From a bacterium (GTDB lineage Bacteria; UBP14; UBA6098; JAFGQG01), in NCBI GenBank assembly GCA_016930435.1, contig JAFGGQ010000165.1, positions 1-51,963 on the forward strand: 51,963 bases of DNA. Reading direction: 5' to 3'. Positions within the stretch are counted from its first letter, which is position 1; each line of letters begins with the position of its first letter. Under the pieces are notes generated by a model. It saw only the letters and a list, made by a program, of their open reading frames with translations. It did not search any database and was not told the DNA's origin. This document shows, piece by piece, positions 48,916 through 51,963 of this stretch. The position numbers and the translations under genes are program-made.

Positions 48916-51621
48916 ATGGGATCAAAAGCTTATTTTAGGGTATTAATTCAAATCACGCTGGTTTTTATTTTTGCATGCGGAGCACTCTGGGGACAGGATC
49001 ATGAACCACCCTGTATTAACTGGGAGTATCCCTTTATGGGGGCATATAACGTCCCTATTGACTCAACCCTGTCGCTCAGTATATGCGGATTTTGCCGGGA
49101 AGAGGAGGCCACTTGGGTGGATCCCTCCACTATCAATTTATGGCTCACGCCTACCGGGGATACCACCTTTTCACTCGACCTGGTCTTTGATTATGAGCCT
49201 GTCTGGTGCATGGGTTACAGTATCACCTTTATCCTTAATCGAACATCTGGAATCCCAGTCGGTGAAGAGGTCGAAATCTGTGTCAGCGCAATGGATTCAG
49301 CGGGTAATTTGGGCATGGATTGCATCTTCTTCACCATCGCTGATACCGGAGGCCCGGTAGATACCGTGGATACCGAACCCCCTTGCTTCTCTGAAAGCTA
49401 TCCACATTCTGGAGCAGCTAACATCCCCGTGAATACCGATGCCAATATAAACATCTGCGGAATCTGCGGGTCAACTCCTCCTACCATGGTGGATTCATCG
49501 AGTATCTTAATCGAACACTTTTTGATCACCGATACGGTACTTTCCCTGGGACTTCTGTCCCGGACCCTTGAACCCAACCGCTGCATGGGTTATTTTGTTT
49601 TTTTTGGTTTCGGGGAATCGCCATTACCTTATAATTCCAACATTATGATCTGTATTCAGGCCCGGGACATGGCATCCAATCTGGGTGAATATTGCTTCAG
49701 TTTTACCACCGAGGATTCCGGAGGGATTGCCGGACACCCCTGCGTAGAATGGCTGTACCCATCCGAAGGGGATACCGTTCTACCCGATATATCTTTACAT
49801 GTTGATATCTGCGGACTCTGCGGTGAGGATAGCCTCTATTCATCATGGATCGATTCGGCTTCTATCCTGCTCACGTACTACTATATCGCCGAGCATGAAG
49901 CGCTGGTGTTCACGGAGATAGAATGCATGGGCTATGCCGTGGAATACGACTTTTCGGGATGCACCCTGATGCCCGGCGAAGTGAATATCTGCATCAATGC
50001 CATGAATATGGATATGGTCCGGATCGTGGATTGCATCACTTTTTTTGTGAATGACACCAGCAGCGGCGACGATACTATCCCCCCCTGCGCCACCTGGAGA
50101 ATTCCGGCAGACGACAGCACCGTTTCTCCAACAACCGATCTGGTGATCGATATTTGCGGGGTGTGCGGCCCTGCCGGTCCGTCAACTATGGTTGACTCAT
50201 CATCCATCATACTTTCCCTGGAATACGATTCTGTTTTCACCGAGATCACCGGCTATTCCCTGGTTCCTATTTATTGCATGGGATATAGCGTTTACCACAA
50301 TTTCTCACGCCATCCCCTACCCTGGGATACCGATATAACCATCTGCATCCAGGTTGCCGACCTCGCCGGAAATTGGCTGGAAGAATGCCTTGATTTCCAC
50401 ACCGCTTCAGAGTCACACCCCGATTCATTGGTTACTATCATGCTTCATACCGTGGACGCCATGACCCATGAAGCCCTGCCGGGTATATTGGTATATGCCT
50501 GCCATTTTTATACCGGAAGCCTATCAGCAGCCGCCCTTAGCGGCTTGGACGGGATCACATCTCTGGAGGTCCCAGCCGGACCATATTTGCTGGGAGCCAA
50601 TGACCCCGACGGAAGATACTATCAGGAATTCTATTTCGAGGCGCACGATCCTGCCATGGCTAATGTTGTAGAGATCATTCCGGGCAGCGTGATTGACATA
50701 ACTTTCACACTGGAGACCATTACCGCCCTCTACGGGATCTCCGGCAGTATCATTGACGAAGCCCTGAATCCCGTACCGGGAGCCTTCGCCATAGTAGTAT
50801 CATCAGAAGAAGATGAGGATTGGACCAACACCGCACTCGCCGATTCCATGGGAAACTACCAGCTTTTTACACCGCCAGGGGAATACTATGTTATTGCTTT
50901 TTCACCGGGTTATATCCCTATCATCTACGATGCTGAATTCAGCTGGGAAAGCGCTACTCCCGTCATTGTAGATACTGCCCGGGTAAGCGGTATCAACTTC
51001 ATCATTTCGACATTAGATTACCTTACCGGAGATTCTTTGCGGTCCTTTATCCGGGGGGTCGTTTACGGGGATGATGATCCCCCGAGGAAATCAACGTATC
51101 CCTACATCCTTACCGGCGCCCGGGTCTATATCAAGAACATTATGAATCCTCTTGTCTGCTACGCTACCACCTTTACTGACGGTGCCGGAGAATTCCATTT
51201 TTCCGAGATACCTCTGGGGTCATATCTGCTGGCGATCGACAAGGTCTTTTATGAACCTTATGAAAGGGAAATAGAACTTACCGAAACGGGCTGGGAAGAC
51301 AACAATATAATCCTGATTAATACTACCGGAATCCAGGATGATAATATATTAGCCCCCGGGAAGTTGACATTGTTCCCAAACTATCCTAATCCTTATAATG
51401 CTTCAACGGCATTAACCTTTATTTTGCCACATGATGGCGAGGTCAGCCTGAAGGTCTATGACTTGCTTGGGAATGTGATCACTACGCTGCTTGAAGGCCG
51501 GTGTACTAAGGGTTTCTATTCGGTAAAATGGCAGCCGGATGAACTCGGCAGCGGATTGTATTTCGGGCGGCTGTCCGCAGGAGGCGAAACCAGGGCAATA
51601 CGAATCCTTTACATCAAATAG
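48916..51621 (+). CDS. secreted 901-aa protein: four tandem ~120-aa six-cysteine Ig-like modules, three carboxypeptidase-regulatory-like (prealbumin-fold) domains, T9SS type-A CTD
   Basis: ATG at 48916 with GGAGGA 6 nt upstream. A signal peptide is present. The modules are PPC-x-W-x-YP...ICG-x-CG...CMGY...ICI-x-A-x-D-x-x-(G/S)N-x(4-5)-C-x-F. The CTD is LFPNYPNPYNASTALTF...LKVYDLLGNVITTLL...SGLYFGRL...ILYIK. Confidence 0.8.
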   Translation: MGSKAYFRVLIQITLVFIFACGALWGQDHEPPCINWEYPFMGAYNVPIDSTLSLSICGFCREEEATWVDPSTINLWLTPTGDTTFSLDLVFDYEPVWCMGYSITFILNRTSGIPVGEEVEICVSAMDSAGNLGMDCIFFTIADTGGPVDTVDTEPPCFSESYPHSGAANIPVNTDANINICGICGSTPPTMVDSSSILIEHFLITDTVLSLGLLSRTLEPNRCMGYFVFFGFGESPLPYNSNIMICIQARDMASNLGEYCFSFTTEDSGGIAGHPCVEWLYPSEGDTVLPDISLHVDICGLCGEDSLYSSWIDSASILLTYYYIAEHEALVFTEIECMGYAVEYDFSGCTLMPGEVNICINAMNMDMVRIVDCITFFVNDTSSGDDTIPPCATWRIPADDSTVSPTTDLVIDICGVCGPAGPSTMVDSSSIILSLEYDSVFTEITGYSLVPIYCMGYSVYHNFSRHPLPWDTDITICIQVADLAGNWLEECLDFHTASESHPDSLVTIMLHTVDAMTHEALPGILVYACHFYTGSLSAAALSGLDGITSLEVPAGPYLLGANDPDGRYYQEFYFEAHDPAMANVVEIIPGSVIDITFTLETITALYGISGSIIDEALNPVPGAFAIVVSSEEDEDWTNTALADSMGNYQLFTPPGEYYVIAFSPGYIPIIYDAEFSWESATPVIVDTARVSGINFIISTLDYLTGDSLRSFIRGVVYGDDDPPRKSTYPYILTGARVYIKNIMNPLVCYATTFTDGAGEFHFSEIPLGSYLLAIDKVFYEPYEREIELTETGWEDNNIILINTTGIQDDNILAPGKLTLFPNYPNPYNASTALTFILPHDGEVSLKVYDLLGNVITTLLEGRCTKGFYSVKWQPDELGSGLYFGRLSAGGETRAIRILYIK

Positions 51622-51832
51622 GGAAGGCTCTGTTTTTATGCCCATTAATACCCGGCTTTCATGTTTCTCCTGAGTTTGACAGTTAAATGCTGATTTTGGG
51701 GTTTTGGTCCTCTGAAACCCTCTAAAAATGGGGATGCTTTTTTTCTCTAAAAATGTAGTAAAAACGATTTCGCTGCAGTCTTTGTATCTCATTGATATAT
51801 AATTACTTAATTTTTACAACTATCAAACTCAG

Positions 51833-51854
51833 GAAAAGATAAAGCAGAATTTAG
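51833..51854. repeat. 22-nt exact repeat copy B (GAAAAGATAAAGCAGAATTTAG)
   Basis: Identical to 25185-25206. It sits in the intergenic region after the 901-aa gene, about 95 nt before a possible ATG at 51951 that runs off the window. Confidence 0.8.
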
Positions 51855-51963
51855 GTTCCCGGAAGGAAATACGAGTTTCGAAATGATAAATAATTTTGTT
51901 ACTATAAGTCGTAGCAAATTATGAAAATTCAAGCTGGATTTCAAAGCGAATGAATAACCTGTA

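Noticed and set aside
51412-51792. 126-aa minus-strand ORF overlapping the 3' end of the 901-aa gene and the downstream spacer.
   Set aside because: It overlaps the well-supported CTD coding region by 210 nt. It shows no motifs and is likely spurious.
1-51963. CRISPR arrays, insertion sequences, rRNA genes.
   Set aside because: No regularly spaced direct repeats, transposase-like ORFs or rRNA-like sequence were seen on either strand.

Overview
This 52 kb window is mostly core chromosome from a Gram-negative bacterium that appears to use a type IX secretion system (T9SS). Kdo transferase, an LptF/G permease and an outer-membrane barrel argue for a Gram-negative envelope, and three proteins end in T9SS-type C-terminal sorting domains. 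GC content is roughly 50 %. Almost all genes lie on the minus strand.

Gene content in order:
- Truncated waaA, an SDR epimerase, ppdK and purF.
- A complete V/A-type ATPase operon (G/H-I-K-E-C-F-A-B) with no subunit D gene.
- A bactofilin and M23-peptidase pair next to parB-parA, then an outer-membrane beta-barrel protein.
- A plus-strand sensor kinase plus sigma-54 (NtrC-type) response regulator pair.
- ispF, a SAM methyltransferase, and a GH3 NagZ-like lipoprotein.
- A 600-nt AT-rich spacer carrying tRNA-Glu(CUC).
- A secreted hypothetical protein, a 920-aa fusion protein with an N-terminal ATPase of the ASKHA (acetate/sugar kinase-Hsp70-actin) fold, and a DUF2085 membrane protein.
- An S8 subtilase with a T9SS type-A C-terminal domain (CTD), then tsaE.
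- An overlapping histidine kinase and receiver-PglZ regulator pair; the receiver-PglZ regulator matches the PorX architecture that controls T9SS.
- serS, an SPFH protein, an LptF/G permease, rnhB, rplS and fcl.
- A divergently transcribed pair of large repeat-rich surface proteins: about 2405 aa with a type-B CTD, and 901 aa with a type-A CTD.

No CRISPR array, transposase or integrase was seen.

The most interesting points:
- The adjacent PorY/PorX-like two-component system sits beside T9SS cargo genes.
- The two cargo genes share cysteine-bearing Ig-like modules.
- Their divergent promoter has face-to-face -35 elements.
- A 22-nt exact repeat occurs in two distant intergenic regions.
- The ASKHA fusion protein is unassigned.
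- The V-ATPase operon has no D subunit.

Several ORF-track starts are TTG or GTG extensions. I moved those to in-frame ATG codons that have a ribosome-binding site or a signal peptide.
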